Assembly (NCBI GenBank): GCA_949740535.1
Contig: CATJHO010000098.1
Coordinates: forward strand, 2,570 to 66,569
Length of the DNA: 64,000 nucleotides
DNA from: an uncultured Lachnospiraceae bacterium
GTDB taxonomy: Bacteria > Bacillota > Clostridia > Lachnospirales > Lachnospiraceae
Direction: 5' to 3'
The notes beneath the pieces are model-generated. The model saw nothing but the letters and a program-made list of their open reading frames with translations. It made no database searches and was not told where the DNA came from. Of this stretch, positions 38,889-48,250 are shown piece after piece; the stretch's first letter is position 1, and the number at the start of each line of letters is the position of its first letter. The position numbers and the translations under genes are program-made.

Positions 38889-40204
38889 CGCTTTTCCTCA
38901 AGAATATCTTCAATATCCTGATAATCATACGTTTCTTCCGATTCTGTCAGCTCTTCTTTATTCTCTGTCTTCTCTATTTCTGCTTCAACCGGCTCTTCTG
39001 CTTCCTCTGACTGCTCAGGCTCTGCCTCTTCCGCCTCTGCTTCCTCCGGCTGCTCAAACTCTGTCTCTTCCGCCTCTGCTTCCTCCGGCTGCTCAGGCTC
39101 TGTCTCTTCCGCTTCTATTTCCCGGCCTGTTTCCACCGGCTCAACCAGGCTCTCCTCCGGCTCCGCCGCTTTTGAATCTTCTGTTTTCCTTTCCGGCTCT
39201 ATGTTTTCAGACTGCTGTGTCTTCTCTTCTTCCGGCTTTTTCTCCTGTTTTGGCACATCCTCAGCCGTTTCGGCCTTCTCTCTTCCCTGATATACCTTCC
39301 AGTCAAAAACTGCTTCCACTGCGGCAATCGCCACTTCGATCATCTCATCATCCGGCTCCTTCGTGGTCAGAGACTGCAGCCACATACCCGGAAGACTTAA
39401 GATTCGTATCAGCAGATTATCCGTATTTCCGGCCAGCCGGATAAATTCATAAGAAACACCTGCAATCACCGGAACCAGGGCTACCCGGTAGACCACACGC
39501 AGAATCGGGGACTCCACCCGGATAAAAATAAAGAAAATAATACTGATCACCATAACAATCAGCATAAAGCTGGTTCCGCAGCGCTTATGATGCTTGGAGC
39601 TGATGCGTACATTCTCTACCTTCAGTTCCAGGCCGTTTTCAATACAGTTGATGCATTTATGCTCTGCACCGTGATACTGGAATACCCTTTGTATATCCTT
39701 CATCAAAGAGATCAGCAATACATAACTGATAAACAAAAGCAGACGGATCGCTCCCTCTACCACGGCCAATACCGTATCAGATACAATATACCGGCGCAGA
39801 ATATCTGCCAGGTAGTAAGGCAGGATCATAAAAATCGCAACTGCCATCACAATGGAAAAGGCCACTGTAGCTCCCATCACTACCTTTTCCGCCTTATCCT
39901 TAAACAGCTTCTGTACCACCTCATCTGCTTTGGATGGCTGGGCCTCCTCTTCATCATAAAAGCTTGCAGAAAATGTCAGACACTTCATCCCCAGCACCAG
40001 GGAATCCACAAAATTAACCACACCCCGGATAATGGGGATCTTCTTGAGCTTCTTATTTCCAATTCCCTCATGGGTACTTAAATTTACTTCAATCTCTCCG
40101 TCAGGCTTACGCACGCCGATGGAATAGACATCCTGATTCTTCATCATAATGCCTTCCAAGACAGCCTGCCCCCCGATTCCCGAAGATCTGCATGCATTTT
40201 TCAT
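38885..40204 (-). CDS. DUF1385 membrane protein with long acidic C-terminal tail
   Basis: IGGQAVLEGIMM, YHGAEHK, RCGTSF, LTTKEP; usual position between rpmE and prmC. Confidence 0.9.
   Translation of the reverse strand: MKNACRSSGIGGQAVLEGIMMKNQDVYSIGVRKPDGEIEVNLSTHEGIGNKKLKKIPIIRGVVNFVDSLVLGMKCLTFSASFYDEEEAQPSKADEVVQKLFKDKAEKVVMGATVAFSIVMAVAIFMILPYYLADILRRYIVSDTVLAVVEGAIRLLLFISYVLLISLMKDIQRVFQYHGAEHKCINCIENGLELKVENVRISSKHHKRCGTSFMLIVMVISIIFFIFIRVESPILRVVYRVALVPVIAGVSYEFIRLAGNTDNLLIRILSLPGMWLQSLTTKEPDDEMIEVAIAAVEAVFDWKVYQGREKAETAEDVPKQEKKPEEEKTQQSENIEPERKTEDSKAAEPEESLVEPVETGREIEAEETEPEQPEEAEAEETEFEQPEEAEAEEAEPEQSEEAEEPVEAEIEKTENKEELTESEETYDYQDIEDILEEKR
38997..39113 (-). repeat. 3 x 39-bp in-frame tandem repeat (AEE[T/A]E[P/F]EQ[P/S]EEAE)
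   Basis: Units at 38997, 39036 and 39075. Confidence 0.85.
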
Positions 40205-40395
40205 GTTCTTCCTCCGTAATGTCAGTGATGCATGACTCTATATGTCTATCCAAACATTCATTTCAGCGGCCCATTCGTGGCGTCTTTCCTCCACATGGGC
40301 CTGTGCAGCCGGACAGAGAAGGTTCCTTCCCCTGCACATACGCCGGGCACCCGTCAGCTTTTGCTGACATATTTCCTTTGGGTGCCTGCGTGCAT

Positions 40396-40432
40396 AAAAC
40401 AAACAGGGCGAGATTTTCCAACCTCACCCCTG
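40396..40432 (-). terminator. intrinsic terminator after rpmE
   Basis: Minus strand CAGGGGTGAG...CTCGCCCTG followed by TTTGTTTT. Confidence 0.7.
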
Positions 40433-40444
40433 ACTGACACATCC

Positions 40445-40648
40445 TTATTTGCTGATACCATACTTACGATTGAACTTATCAATACGTCCGCGGGCTGCCG
40501 CAGCCTTCTGCTGTCCTGTATAGAACGAATGGCACTTGGAACAGATTTCAACGTGGATATCTTTCTTTGTTGATCCTGTTACGAATGTGTTGCCGCAGTT
40601 ACAGGTTACGTTTGCCTGATAATACTCTGGATGGATTCCTTCCTTCAT
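40445..40648 (-). CDS. rpmE: 50S ribosomal protein L31, zinc-binding type
   Basis: MKEGIHPEY...CNCGN...[15 protein letters not shown]; GAGGTG RBS. Confidence 0.97.
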   Translation of the reverse strand: MKEGIHPEYYQANVTCNCGNTFVTGSTKKDIHVEICSKCHSFYTGQQKAAAARGRIDKFNRKYGISK

Positions 40649-40789
40649 GATTTTCACCTCTTTATTCTTATTTGTGAACTTCTGCTGCTCCAATTCCCAG
40701 TCAATGCTGCTCCGATACTTCCACAGCAAGTTTCCCTGGGCTATCCCTGCAAGTCCCTGCAGTTCCCCGCCGATACCGACAGCTTTTAG

Positions 40790-40818
40790 ATTGTATCACA
40801 AAAAGCTGGGGATTTCAA
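40790..40818 (-). promoter_or_regulatory. sigma70 promoter of rpmE
   Basis: TTGAAA-N17-TACAAT with extended TG. Confidence 0.7.
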
Positions 40819-40824
40819 GGGTTT

Positions 40825-42186
40825 TTACACGAACTTCGTCTTTTTCGCCATTTGAACGAATTCACCGTTATATCGGGTGCGGGCAAAGAGATTCAGAATA
40901 TTCTCCACCGCCTCGTCCGCCTTCAGGCCGTTCAGGCCTTTGCGCACGGTATCAATGGCCTCCAGCTCTTCGGAAGTCAACAGCAGATCCTCTCGTCTTG
41001 TGCTGGATTTGGGAATATCAACTGCCGGAAATACCCGCTTTTCCTGAAGCTTCCGGTTCAGTACCAGTTCCATATTACCGGTTCCCTTGAATTCCTCATA
41101 AATCACGTCGTCCATTTTACTGCCGGTTTCCACCAGAGCCGTAGCCAGGATGGTCAGGCTGCCGCCTTCCCGCATATTTCTGGCAGCACCGAAGAAACGC
41201 TTGGGCATGTGCAGAGCCGCCGGATCCAGACCGCCGGACAGCGTACGTCCGCTGGGGGGCACTGTGAGATTGTAGGCTCTTGCCAGTCTCGTAATACTGT
41301 CCAGAAGAATCACTACATCTTTTTTATGTTCCACCAGACGCTTGGCCCGCTCAATCACCATCTCCGACACCCGTTTGTGATGTTCGGGAAGCTCGTCAAA
41401 GGTTGAGTAAATCACCTCTACATTCGGCCCTGCTATGGCCTCCCGGATATCTGTAACCTCCTCCGGCCGCTCGTCAATCAGAAGAATCAGCAGCTGCATC
41501 TCCGGGTGGTTTTTTGTTACAGATTTCGCCACATCCTTTAACAGAGTGGTTTTTCCCGCCTTAGGCGGAGACACAATCATACCTCTCTGGCCTTTGCCGA
41601 TGGGCGATATCAGATCCATAATCCGCATAGCCATACTTCCGCCCGGACGCTCCAGATGAATCCGGGAGTTGGGGAAAATAGGAGTCAAATCCTCAAAACT
41701 GCGTCTTCTGGCCGCCTCCTCCGGGCGGCAGCCATTGACAGACTTCAGATAAAGCAGGGCCGCAAACTTCTCTGTCTGGCTGCGCACCTTGACATTGCCG
41801 CAGAGAATGTCTCCCGTCTTCAGATTATACCGCCGGATCATGGCCGGATTAATGTAAATATCATTTTCTCCTGGAAGGTAATTGGCGCTGCGGATAAATC
41901 CATAGCCGTCTGCCAGAACCTCTAAGATTCCATTGGCTACTTGTCCGCTGTCCAGCTGGGACATATCCGGAGCTCCCTGCCGTTCCGGAGGCTTCTCACT
42001 GGTGCGTTCGGCTGTGCGTTCTGCCGGCCTTTCCAGGCTTTTCTGCCGTCTGGCTTCCTCATCCTTTTCCAGCATCAGCTCAATCAGGTCCCCTTTCTTC
42101 ATAGTTGAAGTTCCTTTCATGCTTCTGGCTTTGGCAATTGCTTTAAGCTCTGAAAGCGGAAGGGATTCATACTGCTCCTTTGTCAT
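40825..42186 (-). CDS. rho: transcription termination factor Rho
   Basis: [53 protein letters not shown]. Confidence 0.98.
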   Translation of the reverse strand: MTKEQYESLPLSELKAIAKARSMKGTSTMKKGDLIELMLEKDEEARRQKSLERPAERTAERTSEKPPERQGAPDMSQLDSGQVANGILEVLADGYGFIRSANYLPGENDIYINPAMIRRYNLKTGDILCGNVKVRSQTEKFAALLYLKSVNGCRPEEAARRRSFEDLTPIFPNSRIHLERPGGSMAMRIMDLISPIGKGQRGMIVSPPKAGKTTLLKDVAKSVTKNHPEMQLLILLIDERPEEVTDIREAIAGPNVEVIYSTFDELPEHHKRVSEMVIERAKRLVEHKKDVVILLDSITRLARAYNLTVPPSGRTLSGGLDPAALHMPKRFFGAARNMREGGSLTILATALVETGSKMDDVIYEEFKGTGNMELVLNRKLQEKRVFPAVDIPKSSTRREDLLLTSEELEAIDTVRKGLNGLKADEAVENILNLFARTRYNGEFVQMAKKTKFV

Positions 42187-42361
42187 TCCTGTCCTCCTCT
42201 TTTTCTAATCCAGTCTTTATTGCTTAATTTTTACTCCAGCTTTTTCCTGCGGATGTATTTCTATATAAAAACTCTATTTTTCATCGGGAATAGCCGCCAG
42301 AATCTTATAGCGGACTTGATACAGAAAATCTAACCCTGTGTCGTCAAATGCAGACATCTTG

Positions 42362-42389
42362 AATATAACACATTTTTCCAGAAAGTCAA
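42362..42389 (-). promoter_or_regulatory. candidate rho promoter
   Basis: TTGACT-N16-TATATT with extended TG. Confidence 0.55.
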
Positions 42390-43321
42390 AGTATATTTTT
42401 CAAGAAATGCAGCAGTATCCCTGCCAGAGCATACACAAAGAGATGCAGACACAGAACCGGCATGGTATGTCTGCCCAGCCAGCCAAGCCCGCGGGAGAGA
42501 GTCCGGGCATGCCTCTCCAGGAACAGAGACACCTCCATGCAGAGCAGAGAGCCCAGTCCGCCTACAAAGAGATACAGCACCATCGAGCGTCCATAGGCAG
42601 CCACTGACATATTGACACTGCCATTGAAAAGCGAAATTCCTACAAACACCGCCGTCAGCAGCGCTGTCAGCCAGGGCTTTCTGTAAAGCCTCTCCACCAA
42701 ATCATACTGCACCAGAGTCTTTCCCAAAGTCAGAAATGAAACCGCATACAATGCACAGTCAAGACTCCAGGGCAGAAGAACCGGGCAGAGATAATGCAGC
42801 AGCACAGACAGGAGCAGCACGCCACCATTCATCACCCACAGCTTCCGAAGCTCTCCCCCGGCTGCTCTCATAAGCACCCAGAAAACCACAAGACTTACAA
42901 AAAGGCCGGTGAGAAACCAGGTGGGCGCATTGAGTATCTGCATAAAGTACACATTGCCGGGAGCATCCATTTTGAAAAGACAGTTTCTGGAGTACAAAAT
43001 CCCCAGCAGCGGGAAAAAAGAGGCAGCGGAGACCGTTCCCGCCATCAGATGGTCCTTTACAAAAAAGAATCCATACAGAAACAGGTTATAACCCAGATAG
43101 GGCGCCAAAAGCCTCCGGGCCTTCTTTTTCACAAAAGTCCCAAAGGTCTCTTCCTTTTTCCAGGTAAACGTCATGCCCGACAGCACAAAAAACACCGGCA
43201 TATAAAACATACCGCCAAAAAAGGTCACAGCCCCCAGCCGAAGCCCTCCATGAACAATCAGGACAATCAAAATTCCAAAGGCTTTTGCAATATCCATCCA
43301 GAGCACTCTCTGCTTTTCCAT
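42386..43321 (-). CDS. acyltransferase-3 family membrane protein
   Basis: RV.WMDIAKA.GIL.V...H, MPVFFVLSG, WFL..LF; start MEKQRV with GAGGAGG RBS. Confidence 0.86.
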   Translation of the reverse strand: MEKQRVLWMDIAKAFGILIVLIVHGGLRLGAVTFFGGMFYMPVFFVLSGMTFTWKKEETFGTFVKKKARRLLAPYLGYNLFLYGFFFVKDHLMAGTVSAASFFPLLGILYSRNCLFKMDAPGNVYFMQILNAPTWFLTGLFVSLVVFWVLMRAAGGELRKLWVMNGGVLLLSVLLHYLCPVLLPWSLDCALYAVSFLTLGKTLVQYDLVERLYRKPWLTALLTAVFVGISLFNGSVNMSVAAYGRSMVLYLFVGGLGSLLCMEVSLFLERHARTLSRGLGWLGRHTMPVLCLHLFVYALAGILLHFLKNIL

Positions 43322-43332
43322 GGTCTTCCTCC

Positions 43333-44490
43333 TCAATTCTTCTTCGCTCCCAGCCGCTTCTCAATCCACTTTTCCAGCCAGCCTCCCACCGGCTCCAGAT
43401 AACGGCTGCTCAGGCCGGAAACTGCCAGCACCAACAGAGTTGTCAGCACAAAATCAATTCCAGCCGCAAGATGATAGCCCAGTTTTTCCTGAAAACTCAG
43501 GAAAAACCAGCAGGAAAAAACGGCAGTCACCGGAAAATGCAGAAGATACAGGGAATAGGAAATCCTGCCCAGATATAAAAGCGGTCTGCAGGAAAACAGT
43601 CTCTGCAGATCCTCACTGCCCAGCACCCCGGCCGTCAGAAAAACTGCACCAGCTATATGATAAACCACCGTATAGCCGGAGGGCAGAATCCCATAAATCG
43701 TTCCTGGAAGCGCCGTCCCAAAGGACGGGTAAGAAAGCAGATAAAATCCAACTGCAGAAACCAGTTGCGGAACCACAGGCAGACGCCGGTACAGGCTTAC
43801 CAGCCTTCCCTGTGTATGAAAAAAATCACAGAGCACAAAACCCAGAAAAATTCCCACAAAGTAAATATCGGTTTTCAGGGAAACCAGGATCATCACTCCA
43901 TATGCCACATAGCGCAAAGGATTCTCTCCCACCAGGTAAGCGGCCAGATACACCAGAAGCGCTCCTAAAAATAAATAAGGAATGGTCCAGAGCACTCCAT
44001 TATAATCATTGCTTCCTCTCACAAAGCAGCCAATCAGGCTTTCATAAAGCATTCTTCCAAAATCCGGTGCAAACTGATTGAACCCCTCAAACCAGGGCTG
44101 TGATTTGGTTATGACGGCCGTCTCCTGGTTTCGGTATAATCCAAAACTCATGAGGAAAAAAATCATCACATTCACTGCCAGAATCACCGGCATCAGGCGG
44201 AAATACCGCTTAAGGGCTCCAGCTCTCAGTCTGGAGCGGTCTCTCGTTCGGAAATAAGAAAGACACAGCACAAAACCGCTGAACACCAGAAACATGCAGA
44301 CCGCCGAATTTCCGTTATAGAAAAAGTTAAGAGCCGTCTTTCCGATCCAAAGCTCTATGCCTGACTCTGTATTTGCATGCTCCGGCATCAGTGTGTACGC
44401 CCCATAATAAAAGGCAAATACAAAGTGACAGAGATACACCATCAGCGCCCCGATCCCTTTTAGTCCATCAATATAGTCCAGCTTTTTCAT
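43333..44490 (-). CDS. acyltransferase-3 family membrane protein (OafA-like)
   Basis: IDGLKG.GAL.V..CH, V..FLV.SGFVL, RYFRL, LWT, LGRISYSLYLLHFP. Confidence 0.9.
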   Translation of the reverse strand: MKKLDYIDGLKGIGALMVYLCHFVFAFYYGAYTLMPEHANTESGIELWIGKTALNFFYNGNSAVCMFLVFSGFVLCLSYFRTRDRSRLRAGALKRYFRLMPVILAVNVMIFFLMSFGLYRNQETAVITKSQPWFEGFNQFAPDFGRMLYESLIGCFVRGSNDYNGVLWTIPYLFLGALLVYLAAYLVGENPLRYVAYGVMILVSLKTDIYFVGIFLGFVLCDFFHTQGRLVSLYRRLPVVPQLVSAVGFYLLSYPSFGTALPGTIYGILPSGYTVVYHIAGAVFLTAGVLGSEDLQRLFSCRPLLYLGRISYSLYLLHFPVTAVFSCWFFLSFQEKLGYHLAAGIDFVLTTLLVLAVSGLSSRYLEPVGGWLEKWIEKRLGAKKN

Positions 44491-44526
44491 CTTTTCTGCG
44501 CCTCCCTTCTCTGCCCGTTCAGAATT

Positions 44527-45444
44527 TTATATCCCTTGCTTCAATCGATCGCACAAAAGCTTTGTATAAAGAGTCCGTCCCTGCGTGGATAAATGAATCA
44601 GGTCCTGAAAGCACTCTGGATTTTCCCTGTCAAAGTCCAGATCCTCCGCCAGCACTACGAAAGCCTCCCCTGAAAATTCCTCCATCTGCTGTATGCAGGC
44701 TCTGTACAGCTCCATATAATCTTCATCCTGGTACATGCGCACATATTTAGGCGTTTCCAGAAAGCACACCTGAATTCCATGCTCCTGTGCCAGCCTCAAA
44801 AGCCTCTGATATCCCTCTGTCTGTGCTTCCTGAAGGCCTTCCCGCCCTCCCAGCATTCCCAGAGAATCCAGATACTCCTTCGTCTGTCCTCCTGGAGTGA
44901 GAAGATTGCCGCCGTTGCGGAACTGGGCAGATACCAGCCGGTTGTGAATGGGATAAGTCAGTATCTGCTCATTATTGGCCGTCACAAACAGTTCATAAAA
45001 ATCAGAGAATCCCGCAGAGCTGTAAGAACTCATCAAATTCCACGCGTCCATCTTAAATCTTAAATCCGTATCCAGAAGAATCTTTGTATCACTGATCCAG
45101 GGAGCGGCCGCCGCCGTGTAGGGATAGAGATCCACATAGAGGGTTCCTATCTCCAGTCCTTCCTCCAGCATATACTCCAGCTCCATGGCCATAAAGGCCG
45201 GCTGATTTCCGTTATAAGAGAGAATATAGACACTTCCCGCAAGCTCCTCCTCCAATACATCTATGGAAAGTCCCTGCCGGAACATAGAAGAGCCAATAAA
45301 CAGATGGTCAATGGTTCCCTTTTTCACTGCCGCCTGCATTCCGTAAGAAGATACCGGCAGAAGACGGGCATATTCATTTTTTATCACTGTCATCAGCAGT
45401 ACGGCCAGCACAACGCCAGCCAGAATTTTAATTGTCCGTTTCAT
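44527..45444 (-). CDS. SGNH-like extracellular protein, likely O-acyltransferase partner of the MBOAT
   Basis: N-terminal anchor, FIGSS block I, C-terminal DLIH (DxxH); directly downstream of MBOAT. Confidence 0.7.
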   Translation of the reverse strand: MKRTIKILAGVVLAVLLMTVIKNEYARLLPVSSYGMQAAVKKGTIDHLFIGSSMFRQGLSIDVLEEELAGSVYILSYNGNQPAFMAMELEYMLEEGLEIGTLYVDLYPYTAAAAPWISDTKILLDTDLRFKMDAWNLMSSYSSAGFSDFYELFVTANNEQILTYPIHNRLVSAQFRNGGNLLTPGGQTKEYLDSLGMLGGREGLQEAQTEGYQRLLRLAQEHGIQVCFLETPKYVRMYQDEDYMELYRACIQQMEEFSGEAFVVLAEDLDFDRENPECFQDLIHLSTQGRTLYTKLLCDRLKQGI

Positions 45445-45516
45445 AACTTATCCCAGTCTTATTTCCGTTCTACAATACCCTTCTCCTGCATCTGTATCCG
45501 GTTTCTCATTTCCCGC

Positions 45517-46938
45517 CTAAAACTGCGCGTACAAAAATCCGGAAACTCCAAATACTCCAAACAGCATCACACTCCCGCCCAGCACGGCCAGCCACAGAGG
45601 TGAAAAGGAAAATTCCTGTTCCTTTCCTTTTCCATAGACCTGTCCCCATTCATAAAGAAACAGCATTCCCAAAAACAGGCATACCGTCAGAAAATAAGCG
45701 GCGCAGGTATTGTCCCCGGTAAAGGGCAGAACTGCATTCTGAATATCCATCGCAGACAGGGAAAAGCCCATAACTGCCCGGCGCAGATAGAAAAATGCCG
45801 CTCCCAGGCTTTCCGCCCGGAAAAAGACCCATGTAAGGGTAACTCCGGAAAAGGTCAGCAGGGTCTGCCAGATCTTTCCAAAGGGGCTGTCCGCTCCCTT
45901 CTTTTTCCTGCTGCACAGATTCCAGACACCATGAACGGCTCCCCACACTACAAAGGTCCAGTTATCCCCATGCCAGAGTCCGCTTGCCAGAAAGGTCAAA
46001 AGCACATTCCGCCTTCTTTTTCCCTGCGTGACCCGGTTTCCGCCCAGAGGAATATAGACATAATCCCGAAGCCAGCCGGACAATGAGATATGCCAGCGGT
46101 CCCAGAACTCCCGGATACTGCGGGCAAAATAGGGACAGCGGAAATTCTGCCTGCTTCGAATCCCCAAAAGATTCCCCATCCCCACTGCAATGTCCGAATA
46201 GCCGGAGAAATCACAGTACAGCTGAAAAGAATAGAAAACTGCCGCCATCACGGCCGCCACTCCCGGATAGTCCCCCGGCGCCGCAAAAACCGTATCCACA
46301 TAACCGCTCAACCGGTTGGCAATCACCATTTTCTTGAAAAGACCCAGCACAATCCTCTCGATCCCTTCTCCAAAAAGCCTGCTGTCATAATACAGCCCCT
46401 GGTGAAACTGCTCTAAAAAACCCTCTGACCGTTCAATAGGCCCCGAAAGAATCTGCGGGAAAAACAAAATATAAGTTACATAATATCCCATATGAGGCTC
46501 TGGGCTCCGCTTTCCCACATAGATATCCGCCAGATAGCTTATCATCTTAAAGGTATAGTAGGAAATTCCCAGAGGAAGCATCAGCTTCAGCACAAGGGGA
46601 TCTGCCGCAAGCCCTGCAAGCCCCAGGAGGGAAGCGAAGGAAACACTGAAAAAATTAAAATATTTGAATAGAAAAAGAACACCAAGAAGAGGCAGGATGC
46701 CAAACAGCAGCCAGCCTCTCTTTCCTTTTTCTGTGCGTATCTCTTCTATCTTCCCTCCTGCAAACCATGACCAGCAGGCCGATGTGCCTGCGATCAGCAG
46801 CATCCATACGGATGTGCCCGCATAAAAAAGCAGGCTGGCAGCAAGAAGAATTCCCCACCTGATCCGGGGCGGTGATAGATAATAAACCGCCAGCACCGCC
46901 GCCAGAAACAGGAGAGTCAGCATGATATTTGATGCCAT
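45517..46938 (-). CDS. MBOAT O-acyltransferase (AlgI/PatA/DltB family)
   Basis: PLGISYYTF, DFSGYSDIA, FWDRWHISLS.WLRDY.YIPLGG, SGLWHG, C-terminal FLYAQF. Confidence 0.94.
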   Translation of the reverse strand: MASNIMLTLLFLAAVLAVYYLSPPRIRWGILLAASLLFYAGTSVWMLLIAGTSACWSWFAGGKIEEIRTEKGKRGWLLFGILPLLGVLFLFKYFNFFSVSFASLLGLAGLAADPLVLKLMLPLGISYYTFKMISYLADIYVGKRSPEPHMGYYVTYILFFPQILSGPIERSEGFLEQFHQGLYYDSRLFGEGIERIVLGLFKKMVIANRLSGYVDTVFAAPGDYPGVAAVMAAVFYSFQLYCDFSGYSDIAVGMGNLLGIRSRQNFRCPYFARSIREFWDRWHISLSGWLRDYVYIPLGGNRVTQGKRRRNVLLTFLASGLWHGDNWTFVVWGAVHGVWNLCSRKKKGADSPFGKIWQTLLTFSGVTLTWVFFRAESLGAAFFYLRRAVMGFSLSAMDIQNAVLPFTGDNTCAAYFLTVCLFLGMLFLYEWGQVYGKGKEQEFSFSPLWLAVLGGSVMLFGVFGVSGFLYAQF

Positions 46939-46950
46939 ATCATTTCCTCT

Positions 46951-48201
46951 TTACCGGCGCACCCATTTCCCAAATAAGGTCTTCTTGTATTTCAGAAGCT
47001 CCTTTTTGGCCTCTTCGTTATCGCCGGCCTTCTGCAGATATTCCACGCCTTTCTTAATGTCCTCCGGCACGCCAAGGCCCTGGCCGTAAATTACACCAAG
47101 CATATAGAAGGCCTCCTTGTTATTCCAGGATACCTGTTCCAAAAGTTCTCTGGCTTTCCCATAATTCTGCTGGGTTCCCCATCCGCGGAAATACAGTTTT
47201 CCAAGATAGCAGACGCCCCAGTTATTGTCTTGATCATTTGCATATTTCAGAAGCTGGAAGGCTTTGGCGTAATCCTTCTCCACTCCATTGCCATCATAGT
47301 ACAGAGCGCCCAGCCGGTTGGCACAGCCAATCCGCTTGCCGCTGTTCTGTTTCTGGGTCAGTCCCTTTTCGTAACACTGAGCCGCATACGCCGGATCCTT
47401 TGCTATCCCCTTGCCTTCTTCGTATATCAGGCCGATGCGGAACCAGCATTCCAGCTGGCCTCCTTCTGCTGCCAGCTTATACCAGTGAAGGGCCTCCTCA
47501 AACCGTTCAGCGTCATACAGCTCATCTGCATAGATCCACTGATGAATAGGGAATCCCATCTCTGCTCCTGTCTTGAACAGATCCCTTGCCTTCTCCGGAC
47601 GGGGTGCAATCAGATCCTCATCCCCCTCGGAATAGTATTTGTTCAGATTGTTCGCTGCAAAATACATACCGCCCCGGAATGCCTTCTGGAATAAATCCTC
47701 ACACTTTGCTATATTTTCCCGTAAATAGGCTTTAAATTCATTATCACTGGAAAAAGATTCCCGTCCCTTTCCCTGAATGCGCAGAAAATCCCACCAAAAG
47801 TACGCGTTTGCCGCCGTATACTGGCTGAAAGCGTCTCCCGCCTCCGCTTTTTCAAGAACGCTGTCAAATGCCTCCTGGAGATTTGCAAAGCCCATCTTCT
47901 TCTCAAGAGAAGGCGTCAGCTCGCCGGTACGCAGTGCTACCATAACACCAATTCCGCTTCCCTGCTCCACGGCCTTGTGGATCAGTGCAACCGCCTTATC
48001 GTCGTCCTCCGGAAAATCATGTCCGCTCCACACGTACTGTGTTCCGCAGTAGCACCGGGCCAGTATACAGGAAGCATCCCCGTCTCCTGCCGCGGAAGCC
48101 TTCTCAAGAATTGCAAAGCCTTCTGCTCCCTTTCCTGAGCGCAGATCGTAGTAGATGTACCGAAGCGCCTGCTCCACCTCATCACTGTAACATTTTCCCA
48201 T
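46951..48201 (-). CDS. Sel1-like (TPR) repeat protein
   Basis: Repeats such as LGALYYDGNGVEKDYAKA, LGKLYFRGWGTQQNY, LGVIYGQGLGVPED. Confidence 0.88.
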   Translation of the reverse strand: MGKCYSDEVEQALRYIYYDLRSGKGAEGFAILEKASAAGDGDASCILARCYCGTQYVWSGHDFPEDDDKAVALIHKAVEQGSGIGVMVALRTGELTPSLEKKMGFANLQEAFDSVLEKAEAGDAFSQYTAANAYFWWDFLRIQGKGRESFSSDNEFKAYLRENIAKCEDLFQKAFRGGMYFAANNLNKYYSEGDEDLIAPRPEKARDLFKTGAEMGFPIHQWIYADELYDAERFEEALHWYKLAAEGGQLECWFRIGLIYEEGKGIAKDPAYAAQCYEKGLTQKQNSGKRIGCANRLGALYYDGNGVEKDYAKAFQLLKYANDQDNNWGVCYLGKLYFRGWGTQQNYGKARELLEQVSWNNKEAFYMLGVIYGQGLGVPEDIKKGVEYLQKAGDNEEAKKELLKYKKTLFGKWVRR

Positions 48202-48250
48202 AACTGCATTCCTCCTATCCTAGTTCCCTAATATTGCTGTTTTATATAAA

